Of a stretch of DNA of 64,000 bases, positions 52,826 to 63,657 are shown in pieces. The stretch is from NCBI GenBank assembly GCA_040285745.1, contig JAUFOR010000003.1, positions 248,001 through 312,000 on the forward strand, read 5' to 3'. The notes beneath the pieces are model-generated. The model was not told the origin of the DNA. It made no database searches and saw only the letters and a list, made by a program, of their open reading frames with translations. Position numbers and translations under genes: made by a program. Position 1 is the stretch's first letter; each line of letters opens with the position of its first letter. The DNA is from Barthelona sp. PCE (lineage: Eukaryota).

Positions 52826-53992
52826 TTAAGTACGGAACAGGAGAGCAACCAGGACACCTGTGAATAAACCAGCGTTCAAACACAAGCTTGAAATAGTGCC
52901 GGCTGTTATCTTGTTCTTTTCATGCTCAACAAATGTAGGTACAGTCATCATCAGGCGTGTTGATGTGATACCGTTGGTGAGAGCAAAAATAGAAGAAGAA
53001 ATGAAGTGAATCCAAACTGAACTGAAAGCTTCAGAATCTCTGCATGCTAAAAGAAGAGGGAAGAATAAAACACGGAGGAGACCAACAGTCTGGACGAATC
53101 CATATGAGAGCTTCATCATAGGAGCGAATGTACGTCCGATAAAGTCAAAGATCATGAATGACATTGTTAACCAAACGATATACCAATCTGCGGTAACATC
53201 CAGGCCATCAGGGATTGGGAAGCCATCAATGACACCAGGGAAGAGACCTAAAGTAACAATGAAACACAAAGTAACACCTAAAGAACAAATCCAAACACCG
53301 ACAAAACTTTCCTTAACAACAACATCAGTCTCAATATTTTCCTCAGCGAGTAATAGGGATTCACCCTTCTGAACGGCAAGCTTAGCTTTAACTTCAGGAC
53401 ATTTTGAGAACTTAACGAATAAAACCCAGGCAAATAATGTTAAGACGGCAGCAACTAAGAAGAAAATGTAAGCAGACAGATCGATATCATCATCAGGGAG
53501 AAGGATCTTGGTGATAACACGGAGAGCTCCAGTAGCAAGACCGACAATACCTTGGCCAGTCATGACTGAACCTGTTAAAGAGTCGCTCAGACTGGCAGCA
53601 AAGCCAAAAGTACATGAGAGCATGAATGAACCACTCAATCCCATAATAACAATGATTCCATATTTGAATATAGTATATTCGAGTTCAGGGTCTAAATCAA
53701 TAATGTGAATTACAGGAATACCAGCTAGAGAAATAATAAAACCAAGATAAGCAAAGTTAATGCACATAACAATGTTCAATTTGCTATAAATTTTTGTAAT
53801 AATCATTGCAACTGTTACGTTGACAACGTTATAAATAAGGCCCGCAACGAAAATAACGTTTGGATCGGGGAATATGGCTAAAATAAAGTCGGCACTTGAT
53901 AATAACGAGTTCCATGTAACTAAGGAGCTTATACCTAAACTCAGAAGCACGGCGTAGGCAAATTTCGAAGAGAAAAAGTCTTTGTTGCTCAT
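52826..53992 (-). CDS. Equilibrative nucleoside transporter (SLC29/ENT)
   Basis: LGISSLVTWN, MTGQGIVG, FIVTLGLFPG, FDFIGR, FALTNG; about 11 TM segments. Confidence 0.92.
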   Translation of the reverse strand: MSNKDFFSSKFAYAVLLSLGISSLVTWNSLLSSADFILAIFPDPNVIFVAGLIYNVVNVTVAMIITKIYSKLNIVMCINFAYLGFIISLAGIPVIHIIDLDPELEYTIFKYGIIVIMGLSGSFMLSCTFGFAASLSDSLTGSVMTGQGIVGLATGALRVITKILLPDDDIDLSAYIFFLVAAVLTLFAWVLFVKFSKCPEVKAKLAVQKGESLLLAEENIETDVVVKESFVGVWICSLGVTLCFIVTLGLFPGVIDGFPIPDGLDVTADWYIVWLTMSFMIFDFIGRTFAPMMKLSYGFVQTVGLLRVLFFPLLLACRDSEAFSSVWIHFISSSIFALTNGITSTRLMMTVPTFVEHEKNKITAGTISSLCLNAGLFTGVLVALLFRT

Positions 53993-54975
53993 GTGTAGTA
54001 ATAATGGTAAGACAATTAATTACAGGTTCACACTTTATGGAACATTTTTGCTTGTTGAACGACTGACAGCATGGAGTATGGGCGGATCAAAACAATACTC
54101 TTACAATTCTGAAGAAAGAAAAACAACCTGAGTAGATTCAAATTCTTCATTCACCATTTTTAGGTAGGTAATCTGGAATACATAAGTAAATAAGTGCACT
54201 CAAAACAAAACAGTAATGGAAAAGAATTGGTATCAAACTTTAAAATCCATTTCACTACTTTTTAGAGCATATTCAACTTTGTAAGTACTCACATGATGGG
54301 GAAACGATAGAAGGTGAGCGTTTAAAGCAATTCGTAGGTGATTCGTAGGTTATAAAAAACCCTGGATTAATCCTAAGATTGAGACGTTCCACATTCCTTC
54401 TTTCCTGCCTTGTGCCGAAGCATTATGAATCGATGAACAATGAAAGATAAATGATTTATTGATATTAAAGGCTGCTCATCGCTAAGGCTGGAATTTCTCT
54501 CATGGGCTGTGCTCTGTTAAGAATTTGGCCCAACACATATTTATTTATTTATTTTGAGAGTAGTGAGATTAACAAAAATGGTGTTAGTGAGGCACTGCTA
54601 ACACTACCACATTAAGAAGGTTAGATTACGCTCCCTCGGCAGTTTTACCATCACAGGCATAATGTCTGAAAAGTAACGCTCATGTGTCACCAATACACTT
54701 ATCATCCGATATAACAGTTGTTGGTAAAATGAAAAACTTTTTTTAACCTTCATTTAAAAATCCGCAAATTATATTTCAAATTCAATCATGAAGGGTGAGT
54801 CTTTGAAACACCAAAAATTTCTAAAATAACAAAAATCGGGAAAATATTTTTTTTAGTTAATAATATCACAAATTATTTTTTAAAAAACACAATACAAAAA
54901 GACAAAAGTACCTTTTTGAACTTTTTTATAAAAGAACTCTAACTTACATTTGAAATTGTTTTATAATCCATTAAT

Positions 54976-56241
54976 ATGGTTTTCATTGTTCGCGCTCAAT
55001 ATACCAAGCTTGGATCCGACCTTCCTGTTGAAGCGGTCGTAGATTTATCTCATACAGATAAAGGTTTCCTATCAATTCATATAGAAAGTGATTTTGGACA
55101 TAAAGAAGAGGTTTTTCAAACTCAGGAATTCTTCCCATATCTTAACACCAGAATTTCTCAATGTGATTCACCAAATATTGGTATACTGAATTTTTTAACT
55201 TCTGAAAAAGAGAAGAATCAACTAACACAACTTTCTGTTTCCCATTCCCACTCTGATCTAGAAAAAAACGAAAATTTGAATACTTTGAGTGATGAAGAAA
55301 CAGCAGATATTCAACCTGAATTCACCCTTGTTAACAATTTCTATTCTGATACACATGATATGATGGAACCTTACAGAGCAACGAATGCTAAAGGAAATGA
55401 GCGTATGAATGATCTTTTTCAAGCAAATTGGAATGTCAACAATCACAGTAATGGTGTTATGGTTGCACGAAGACCATGTGCCCCTCGTCTTAATCCTAAA
55501 GATGAAATTCATCTGGACGATATGAATCCTCTCGATAACCAAAATAAGAGAACTTTGCAACATTCTGTTAGTGATCTGAATACAGCTGCATTAAATGACA
55601 CTCGTCATGAAATCATATACCCGCAACTTACATATGTTCCTTCTTCTGAAGAAAGTATTAGTGCTGCCAATATATGCTCTCTCGTCATTGAAGCAGCTCA
55701 AACAACTGAAACACCATACTTTGAGATGGAACTGGACACACCGCATGGTGCACCAGAACAGGTTAGCAACATGATACCGACTCATGATCCAATTAATTTT
55801 GAAGACGATGACATGCTTAGCGATGGTGAAAATGATGGGGTCATTGTCAATTCACTTGATAGTCACCGTTCATACAGCCATTTTGATGTTGAACAACAAC
55901 ATAATAACAACACCGTTCTTTCTGCACAACCATCTGTCAACAGAATAGTAATAAGGGAAGCTACCAATGATGAGCCACTTTTGAAGTTTCAAAAGCTTCA
56001 GCAAAGGTTTAAAAACCAACTCAAATTTTTTAGAAGATGTGGTGTTTCTCAAGAATATCTGTATGCGCTTTCTGGAATCAATGCACTCCTTGATGACTTT
56101 GATAGATTTCATGAGTTCCAAGTAGAATCTATGAACTCAGACTTAACTGAAATCAATATTACCATACGTAACAGAGAGATAAATGACATGTGCCTAACCT
56201 TGGATAATGTGGATATTACAGGAGTTCCTCGTGATATTTAA
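54976..56241 (+). CDS. Uncharacterised acidic protein, 421 aa
   Basis: ORF from ATG to TAA; disordered centre with folded-looking ends. Confidence 0.75.
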   Translation: MVFIVRAQYTKLGSDLPVEAVVDLSHTDKGFLSIHIESDFGHKEEVFQTQEFFPYLNTRISQCDSPNIGILNFLTSEKEKNQLTQLSVSHSHSDLEKNENLNTLSDEETADIQPEFTLVNNFYSDTHDMMEPYRATNAKGNERMNDLFQANWNVNNHSNGVMVARRPCAPRLNPKDEIHLDDMNPLDNQNKRTLQHSVSDLNTAALNDTRHEIIYPQLTYVPSSEESISAANICSLVIEAAQTTETPYFEMELDTPHGAPEQVSNMIPTHDPINFEDDDMLSDGENDGVIVNSLDSHRSYSHFDVEQQHNNNTVLSAQPSVNRIVIREATNDEPLLKFQKLQQRFKNQLKFFRRCGVSQEYLYALSGINALLDDFDRFHEFQVESMNSDLTEINITIRNREINDMCLTLDNVDITGVPRDI

Positions 56242-56704
56242 AGGATTCGTTAGAGTTATAACCTCGAAAAAAATATATTTCAATTGTTTGTTTGTTTGCA
56301 GAATTGTTATAATCAAAATCCCACGTGTAAAATATAACTGAAAAACATTTGTATCATGTTGTATGCAGATTGGATGATGTAAGAATACTATTTGATACTT
56401 CTACAGTATAGTTCAATTTGAAGAACTTTCCACACGTTGAAATGTAGAATGCAACAAGTTAACAACATTTTCCCGTCATATACAAAGAAATTTCAAGAAA
56501 AGCTCATAATGCTTACAGTCATCTTTAATGAAAATATCTCACATTTTTAACAAACTCAGAACGAAAAATGACCATACACAAACCTTAATACAAAAAAACA
56601 AGAACAAAAAAAGTGAAAAAAGTCTTTACAAGTTGAAGGGAGTCTCATTGATTTAGAATTAATCCATCAAAATATGGTCTTCAATACAGGTGTTTACACC
56701 GCGT

Positions 56705-58549
56705 TTAACGACGGGAATTAGGATCAACAAAGAAGTAATTTCCGCTTGCTCGTTGTTCCTCATACTTACGGGAACCACGCTTGTTGATACGAGGTCTGAA
56801 GTTCTCGGGGTCCCTTCGAATTGTGACATCGAGCATCTGGAGGAAGTAGTTCATACCTGAGACAAGTGAAGAAGGAGAACGAGCAGTACAGTCAAAACCT
56901 GGTTCACCATCATAGACGATGACTCGGTCAGACATGTACGTGACCATGATGAAATCGTGCTCAACAATGAAAGCAGTTTTCTTACTGTTAATAATGAAAC
57001 GACGAATAGCCTTACCAGCAGCAATACGCAGTTCAACATCAAGGAAAGCTGAAGGCTCATCCAAAAGATAGACATCTGCGGGCTTACCAAGAGCAAGAGC
57101 AATTGCAACACGCTGAAGTTCACCACCAGAAAGCTTAAGAACCTCCTTATCAAGAAGTTTATCGATCATGAGAGGTTTGAGAACATCCTTGGAGAACTGT
57201 GAGTTACACATAGCTGCAGCGATTTTTTGATGTAAGAGTTGCTCAACGTTACCCTTGAAACGGGGTGCGATACGCTGAGGTTTGAAAGAAATACGGAGCT
57301 CGGGCATCTCCACTTGGGTACCGTTATCATCCTCATCAGGTTGCAGTAAACCAGCAAGAAGGCGGATAAGAGTTGTCTTACCTGTACCGTTTTCACCAAT
57401 AAGACCAATGATCTCAGATGCAGAATATCGGCCGGCCTCGACGTGAAGGTGGAAATCACCAAGTGTCTTATCGAAGGCGGGGTAACCGTGATAACGGGTC
57501 TTATCAGCATTCTCAAGGGTCAACGCCTCTTCCTCAACAGCAGTCTGAGAGACACGGAACTGAAGGGGGTAGGCACGGAAGCGCATGTTATCGGAAGGAA
57601 TATATCCACTAAGGAACACATTGATACCTTCTCTAACACTGTAAGGAGCAGTGACAACACCATAAACACCAGCGTTACCATAGAGACAACATACGAAATC
57701 AGAAAGATAATCGAGAACAGCAAGATCGTGCTCGACTGTGACGACGTAGTTGTTGCTGTTAACCAATGAACGGATAACTTCGGCGGCCTGCAGTCTTTGC
57801 TTGACATCAAGGTAGGATGAAGGTTCGTCGAACATATAAATATCAGCAACACGAATAGAAGCAACAGCGATTGCGAAACGTTGAAGTTCACCACCTGACA
57901 GATGGACGACTTCACGATCAGCAAGGTGATCAAGCTGAAGGTTAACCAGTAACTCTTCAGAGACGCCACGCTCATCAGCACGCTCAATCACATCACCTAA
58001 CTTGCCACGCACGGCCTTTGGAATACCATCAACGTGCTGTGGCTTAGTGATGGGACGGATCTTGTTGTCAAGAATACGTGTAAAGTAAGATTGAAGTTCC
58101 TTACCGCGGAAATGTGCGATGATTTCATCCCAATCCGGTGGATCGTCGAAACGGCCCAGGTTAGGACGGAGCTTACCACTAAGCACACGCAGGGCGGTGG
58201 TCTTACCAATACCGTTGCAGCCAACAAGACCAAGGACCTCTCCAATTCTTACACTCGGAAGTCGATGTAATTTGAACGAGTTCTTCGAAAATCTATGGAC
58301 TGTGTGGGAGCTGAGGTTGGAGGGGAGGTTGATGATGGTGATAGCACCGTGGGGGCATCTCCTAACACAAGCACCACAACCTGTGCATAAATTTTCTGCA
58401 ATTTCTGTGAATTTTGATGTGTTTTGAACAGTTACACATTGCTGACCCGCTCTGTTGATTGGGCAGTATCTGCGACATTCAAGACCACACCTTTTAGGCT
58501 TGCACTTCTCCTGGTTAACAATAGCGATTCTAGTTTTTTCCTCTGACAT
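56705..58549 (-). CDS. ABCE1: Ribosome recycling ATPase ABCE1/Rli1
   Basis: Two [4Fe-4S] Cys sets (CKPKRCGLECRRYCP; CTGCGACVRRCP), GCNGIGKTT and GENGTGKTT, LSGGELQR twice, RPRINK. Confidence 0.97.
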   Translation of the reverse strand: MSEEKTRIAIVNQEKCKPKRCGLECRRYCPINRAGQQCVTVQNTSKFTEIAENLCTGCGACVRRCPHGAITIINLPSNLSSHTVHRFSKNSFKLHRLPSVRIGEVLGLVGCNGIGKTTALRVLSGKLRPNLGRFDDPPDWDEIIAHFRGKELQSYFTRILDNKIRPITKPQHVDGIPKAVRGKLGDVIERADERGVSEELLVNLQLDHLADREVVHLSGGELQRFAIAVASIRVADIYMFDEPSSYLDVKQRLQAAEVIRSLVNSNNYVVTVEHDLAVLDYLSDFVCCLYGNAGVYGVVTAPYSVREGINVFLSGYIPSDNMRFRAYPLQFRVSQTAVEEEALTLENADKTRYHGYPAFDKTLGDFHLHVEAGRYSASEIIGLIGENGTGKTTLIRLLAGLLQPDEDDNGTQVEMPELRISFKPQRIAPRFKGNVEQLLHQKIAAAMCNSQFSKDVLKPLMIDKLLDKEVLKLSGGELQRVAIALALGKPADVYLLDEPSAFLDVELRIAAGKAIRRFIINSKKTAFIVEHDFIMVTYMSDRVIVYDGEPGFDCTARSPSSLVSGMNYFLQMLDVTIRRDPENFRPRINKRGSRKYEEQRASGNYFFVDPNSRR

Positions 58550-59274
58550 TATAGTAAGTGATAAAAGGGGGGAAAATTAGTTAAGTTTGTGTGAAAAGCA
58601 AGTTGTTGCTTGTTAAGAAAGGTAAAATAAGAAATACCGAGTTGGAAGAGCTATCAAGCTTAACATAGTCTTCTGTCAGGGTGGTTAAGTCCCTGTAAAT
58701 GTGCGTTGGAACAATGTAACAGCGATAAAAGCGGTTTATTGGGTAGGAAATGGTTTTATGTTATACACACCATTTCCGATTGTATTGTCTTTACTTTTTC
58801 TCCGTAATTCGGGACCACTTTAACTGTATAGCTGCAGCTTAGCTATTTAAATGAGTTAAAGGTTCATAGCATTTTCTAACATTGTATCAAACTTCTTGAA
58901 AGATGTTGGGAAGGTGTGTATGCTAGAAAGATGATCATTTACAACTGATGAATGATTATTGAACCTCAATTCTAATAAGATTGAATATTGATTTAGAAAG
59001 ACCATCTATATGGTTGTCCAATACTTTAACTGCAGTTTCCTCCCATACATGTTGCCTTGCAACACTAAATGATATTATATACAAAAAACTGAATAATATT
59101 CACAACTGTTTGCCTATTTAACTATATATAGATATAATTATTACAGCATATGATATATATCGTGATAAAACAGCCATTTATACAGGCAGACATTGAGAAA
59201 CCTTGCATTTAAATTTTCTACTTTTATACAGCTTTGGGCCTTTTTATTTTTTGGGGATTTTTTTTTTTTTTTAT

Positions 59275-60936
59275 ATGCAAGAAGTGGAAGAATCGATGGA
59301 CTCATTTCCTTACAAACAACTTTTTACATTAACCTCAAAAGATGACACACAGAAGTTTTTAGCTCATATTGGTGTTTTAAAAAAGCACAAAAATACACCT
59401 ATCAATGACAAACTGTTCAATTCACTATTTGTAGCAATTAGTTTCTGCATTGAATCGTTTCCTGACGCTAAATTCTGGGATGATGAATTTATGGACAAAA
59501 GTCATCAACAATTCGAGCTTGGATTCAGAAGTTTAAAGTTGGAAATATCAGAAATTGAGGATATACTTGACAAGAAACTGTGTTTGTTTCAATTTTTTGA
59601 GAAGAATTGGCTTTTATTGATTGCTATGCGCTCTTTTTGTTTTTATTACATAACTAGTATCAGTGGTCCCTTTTTCCAAGAGAAAAGCAATGTTATGTCT
59701 AAGTTTTTGACTTCAGTCGCTTACATTCAGCTCCTTCTCAAGTCTTTTGGCTTCAAACTTACACTTCCAGTTTTTGAAGACAGTGAACCTCCTTACTGTT
59801 TTGAGGAACTCGTTTTAAATGATATGCTTGATGTTAAACGCGTCCTGGACAGCCATGCTAAACGTTTGCACAAGCATGAAAGTGATAAAAAGTTAAGCAA
59901 AGAAACTTTCTGGAAAGGTATCAAATTGTTTGCTCCACATATTGGATTGCGTAGGAATAACCGTTGGGGGGCTTCTAAATTGGTCATTTTCGCTGCTCTC
60001 AATACTTTCTCAGATTCCTCAGAAGGTTTCAGAGACCATATTATTTCTCTATGCTATGAACTCGGTATGAAGCGTGGCAACGTACATAAAAATGTGAACA
60101 AAATTTGGAAAGATTTATCAGAAGGAATCTTTGGTGAGAAAACCATGACTATAAAGGAAGATTCCATTATTTTCCGTTACTTAACATATTCATTACGATC
60201 TAATGAAAGTATTAAGGCGTGGATGGATGAAATAATTGATGAGAAACGTCATATCACAGATTTATGGCTTCCACCAAGAGAAGGAGAAAAGGATTACAGA
60301 GTTTTTGATAATGTTACAATCTGTCTGACATATGAAGAACGTTTAGTGTACGTTAAAGCGTTGGAGAGAAGAAAGAAGATCAAAAGAACGGATAAATTGG
60401 CAAAGACAAGAGTTATGTTGCTGTCAGCCTTGGCTAAACATATTTTTTCAGAGTACAAACTTGATTGTGAGATATATATTGCAGCTGTGTATGAGCGATT
60501 GCAGCCTTTATTTCCTTTTCCGTTTAGTGACTTTAAGCATATTGAAAATTTTACTTCATGTGTCTGTGATTTTATTAATGATCCCCATTTACCGTTGAAA
60601 GATTTTGAGAAACCAAAAATGATCAATTATTCCTTTATGAAATACAGCAAACTATGTAGTGCTTATGTTTTTGATTATGGTGCTAAAGACGTTGAACTCT
60701 TTGTTGAATTGATTGATTGTTGTTTGAATGACAGACCTATTCCACAAGATTTGGCGGAATCGTTCAATTTTTATGGGTTAAACTACAAGGTTCTTCTTCC
60801 TGAACACTGTTTCGGTTACTGTCTTAAAGACACTTCTTATGAATCATTGCGCCTCAATCTTTCCCGTAAGGCATCTCAGGATGAGAAGAATTTGCCTAAA
60901 AAAATCCAGCGTACTAAATATTTTTTTTTCCAGTAA
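59275..60936 (+). CDS. Lineage-specific helical protein A (paralog of 60966-62759)
   Basis: First ATG is 59275; the N-terminal ~165 aa align by eye with the convergent neighbour. Confidence 0.8.
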   Translation: MQEVEESMDSFPYKQLFTLTSKDDTQKFLAHIGVLKKHKNTPINDKLFNSLFVAISFCIESFPDAKFWDDEFMDKSHQQFELGFRSLKLEISEIEDILDKKLCLFQFFEKNWLLLIAMRSFCFYYITSISGPFFQEKSNVMSKFLTSVAYIQLLLKSFGFKLTLPVFEDSEPPYCFEELVLNDMLDVKRVLDSHAKRLHKHESDKKLSKETFWKGIKLFAPHIGLRRNNRWGASKLVIFAALNTFSDSSEGFRDHIISLCYELGMKRGNVHKNVNKIWKDLSEGIFGEKTMTIKEDSIIFRYLTYSLRSNESIKAWMDEIIDEKRHITDLWLPPREGEKDYRVFDNVTICLTYEERLVYVKALERRKKIKRTDKLAKTRVMLLSALAKHIFSEYKLDCEIYIAAVYERLQPLFPFPFSDFKHIENFTSCVCDFINDPHLPLKDFEKPKMINYSFMKYSKLCSAYVFDYGAKDVELFVELIDCCLNDRPIPQDLAESFNFYGLNYKVLLPEHCFGYCLKDTSYESLRLNLSRKASQDEKNLPKKIQRTKYFFFQ

Positions 60937-60965
60937 TAAAACAGTTTTTGCTTTGTCGATCCAAT

Positions 60966-62759
60966 TTAAACCCCATCTTTAGAGATAAATTCTAACCTAT
61001 AATACACAATAGAATTCTTTTCAAACAAAGTATGATGAATATTTTCAAACACTTTAAACTCTCCTCCCTTGGCAGACCAGAGATAAGAAATAGATATGTT
61101 CTCTTCTTGAAATCTATTCCACCAACTCTCAATACCTGATAAACAAACCGGATTAAACTTTTGTGAATACGGATTTGTCTCTGGGTTTAAATATTCATAT
61201 ATTATCGACCCTGGCGTTAAAGTCACGCTAAATTCGTGCTTCTTCAGCTTCTTAAATGCACTTGCAATCTGTGATAAGCGTTTTGACTTTGGTGGATACA
61301 AACCAATTTTCTTGAATAAACGATACAATCGATTCCAAAACCCCCATAGACCTTCCGGCCTCTCTCTCAGAAAAGTATTTACGGCTGCAAATATTAACAA
61401 ATGTATCGACCTGTATTTACCTCCGAATTGAATACAATCCCATCTTTTTATCAGTTTTTCAGCCTTAACACACTGTTTCTTTTGTGGAAGTTCATCAGCG
61501 CTAATATCTTTAATTTTGTGCTTCTTATCTTCCAAACTCTCCTCCTTACTACTTTGAGTATGAACGGTTAAACGTGGCATTTCATTAAAGTCGAACACCG
61601 CATCCCCATCAATAATGAATGGATCAGGTTTTTCACATAATAACAACATAACATCACTGGTGAATGATTTAAAATGATTTAAGACCTTAACAATTTTTTC
61701 TTGAAAATGCAAGATATTCACCTCGTGTAGATTAACCATACATTTTCTAAAAAGATCCATCCAAAACCTTTGATTAACTCTTTTCTCACGACACTGTTGT
61801 ACAAAAATCTTGTAAAATGTAATTAATTTTAACAAGCCATTTTCTACATTACCAAAGTGAGGATTAAAACCCAAGCAAGGATAACGGATATCTATATCAC
61901 GTTCAGCCTTGGAACTCAGTTTATCAATGAAAAAATGTCGAACAATACCTGAACAAGTGCTTTTAGCAATATGAAATTTAAATCCAATTTGAACAAGAAA
62001 AATGTGTAATACTGCTGCTAAAACAGCACTTGTAGTTCCTGGTAAACTGTTAACAATTGCTTTAGCCATACAAACAATAACTTTCTTAGCCTTAACACGA
62101 TCTTCCTCTTTGAGTTGAACAGAGGGCCATTTTTTTTCAACAAGCCTCAGTTGACCATTATGATAACGTGATATATACTTATTAAAAAAATTCTGCAACT
62201 TCACAATACGTTCTTCTTCTTCTTCATTCACTTCCTCCTTTGCTAAATTCTGGTCTTCACTTTCCTGCATATCTGGAAATGTACTTTTAAAACCAAATGG
62301 ACGTAGCAAGCGTTGAATGTTGGTTATTGAATTCACAAACTGTGACACGATAGCATTACGTTCTGTAAACCGCAAAATGACATTATTACAAAGGTAGTAA
62401 GTGCTAAATGAACGGATTGCAGTGAGTAATATCCATGACTTCTCAAAAAACTGAAATATGATGTCCTTCCTTTCCAGGATACTTAATTTTTTCTTTTCAA
62501 GATCGTTCTCAAACTTTGCGAAGCTGCGTTCAAACCTTCTACAACTAGACATCATGAAATCATCTTCCCAAAAGGTTGCGGACGGAAACTTCTGGATACA
62601 AAAGTGGATAGCTCCAATTAAAGAATGGAAAAGAGCTTCATCAATCGAACCCAGAGTATTTCCCTGTTCCTTCAGCCCACTTAAATGTGTTAAGAACTTG
62701 TTGATGTCATCTTCCGAAGTGAAAACAAACGAGTTCACGTTATTCTCCAAATTATGCAT
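60966..62759 (-). CDS. Lineage-specific helical protein B (paralog of 59275-60936)
   Basis: First ATG is 62759. Shares FCI..FP.A.FW.D.FM, FQFFEK.W.LL.A.RSF, FGFK.T.P and IFAA.NTF with protein A. Confidence 0.8.
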   Translation of the reverse strand: MHNLENNVNSFVFTSEDDINKFLTHLSGLKEQGNTLGSIDEALFHSLIGAIHFCIQKFPSATFWEDDFMMSSCRRFERSFAKFENDLEKKKLSILERKDIIFQFFEKSWILLTAIRSFSTYYLCNNVILRFTERNAIVSQFVNSITNIQRLLRPFGFKSTFPDMQESEDQNLAKEEVNEEEEERIVKLQNFFNKYISRYHNGQLRLVEKKWPSVQLKEEDRVKAKKVIVCMAKAIVNSLPGTTSAVLAAVLHIFLVQIGFKFHIAKSTCSGIVRHFFIDKLSSKAERDIDIRYPCLGFNPHFGNVENGLLKLITFYKIFVQQCREKRVNQRFWMDLFRKCMVNLHEVNILHFQEKIVKVLNHFKSFTSDVMLLLCEKPDPFIIDGDAVFDFNEMPRLTVHTQSSKEESLEDKKHKIKDISADELPQKKQCVKAEKLIKRWDCIQFGGKYRSIHLLIFAAVNTFLRERPEGLWGFWNRLYRLFKKIGLYPPKSKRLSQIASAFKKLKKHEFSVTLTPGSIIYEYLNPETNPYSQKFNPVCLSGIESWWNRFQEENISISYLWSAKGGEFKVFENIHHTLFEKNSIVYYRLEFISKDGV

Positions 62760-63120
62760 TGTATAAACTATATTATCGTTGAATCGCCCCAAAACAGAAT
62801 TCCCCAATGTATTTGAAAATCAATCGTCGAAATGGAATTTCTGACGTAATTCAGCATTTATTACTTTTTGCAACATTGTGAATGGTCATACCTGGCACCA
62901 CGATACATAATATTGGGCTATCATAGGAATTGAGTTTGAAACAGTAGGTTTTGATATTGAGAGAACTTCTTCTGCATCAGGGGATATTTAACCAATACCA
63001 CATCCACAAAACAGGCCAATACAACATACTAATCGTATACAATTTACCAACCATAAAATGACCCAATTCCACTTTTTAAACCTTCTTTCCCGTATTTGAT
63101 TAAATTTTTGCACATAAAAG

Positions 63121-63645
63121 ATGCCTACGAATGCAGATGGCCCAACTTTTATGAGAATTTTTGAGCAAGGAACGGATATTGATCTCATTCGCAATGTCCC
63201 TGATCAATATTTGTTCAAATTCCTTGTGCAGTTCTGCCAACCCCCTTTCTCGAAGGAAAAAACGTCTATCATTATACTTGAAATTCTGGGTTTAGAAATT
63301 CGTGCATCAACATCCAGTATAAAACGTTATATAAAGAATAACGGGCACTTTAGACAACCGGTTAAAAAGGGAACTAAGTCGGGAAACACCATTGAAGCAT
63401 CTATGAAATGTTTCAATCATTTTGCATATTTTTCATTTCGAATAAGGAGAGATTGGAGTGAAGGCGATCTATTGCTCCATGAATGGCAGAGCGAGTATCT
63501 AGAGTTTCTTGAAAATGGAATTCATGAAGCTGAAAATGAAGCTGAAAATGAAGCTGAGAATATTATGGATGAAGAAGAAATTTTAAACCCACCCAGCAGC
63601 GATCAGGAACAATATGCAGCAGAACCACCAATTTTAGGTATATAA
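63121..63645 (+). CDS. Small winged-HTH-like protein with an acidic tail
   Basis: LFKFLVQF..IILEILGL..STSSIKRYI; tail EAENEAENEAEN. Confidence 0.6.
   Translation: MPTNADGPTFMRIFEQGTDIDLIRNVPDQYLFKFLVQFCQPPFSKEKTSIIILEILGLEIRASTSSIKRYIKNNGHFRQPVKKGTKSGNTIEASMKCFNHFAYFSFRIRRDWSEGDLLLHEWQSEYLEFLENGIHEAENEAENEAENIMDEEEILNPPSSDQEQYAAEPPILGI
63526..63561 (+). repeat. 12-bp tandem repeat x3 (GAAGCTGAAAAT)
   Basis: Directly visible; the third copy is GAAGCTGAGAAT. Confidence 0.9.
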
Positions 63646-63657
63646 GGAATATTAGTC

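Noticed and set aside
54120-54480. RNase P/MRP or U3 snoRNA
   Set aside because: The P4-like halves are not complementary and no properly placed box D was found.
58857-59075. Protein-like minus-strand fragments (FSVARQHVWEETAVKVLDNH...)
   Set aside because: Short, stop-interrupted, with no start codon or recognisable homology.
59275-63645. Autonomous transposon
   Set aside because: No DDE, HUH, tyrosine-recombinase or reverse-transcriptase motifs, and no terminal inverted repeats or target-site duplication seen.
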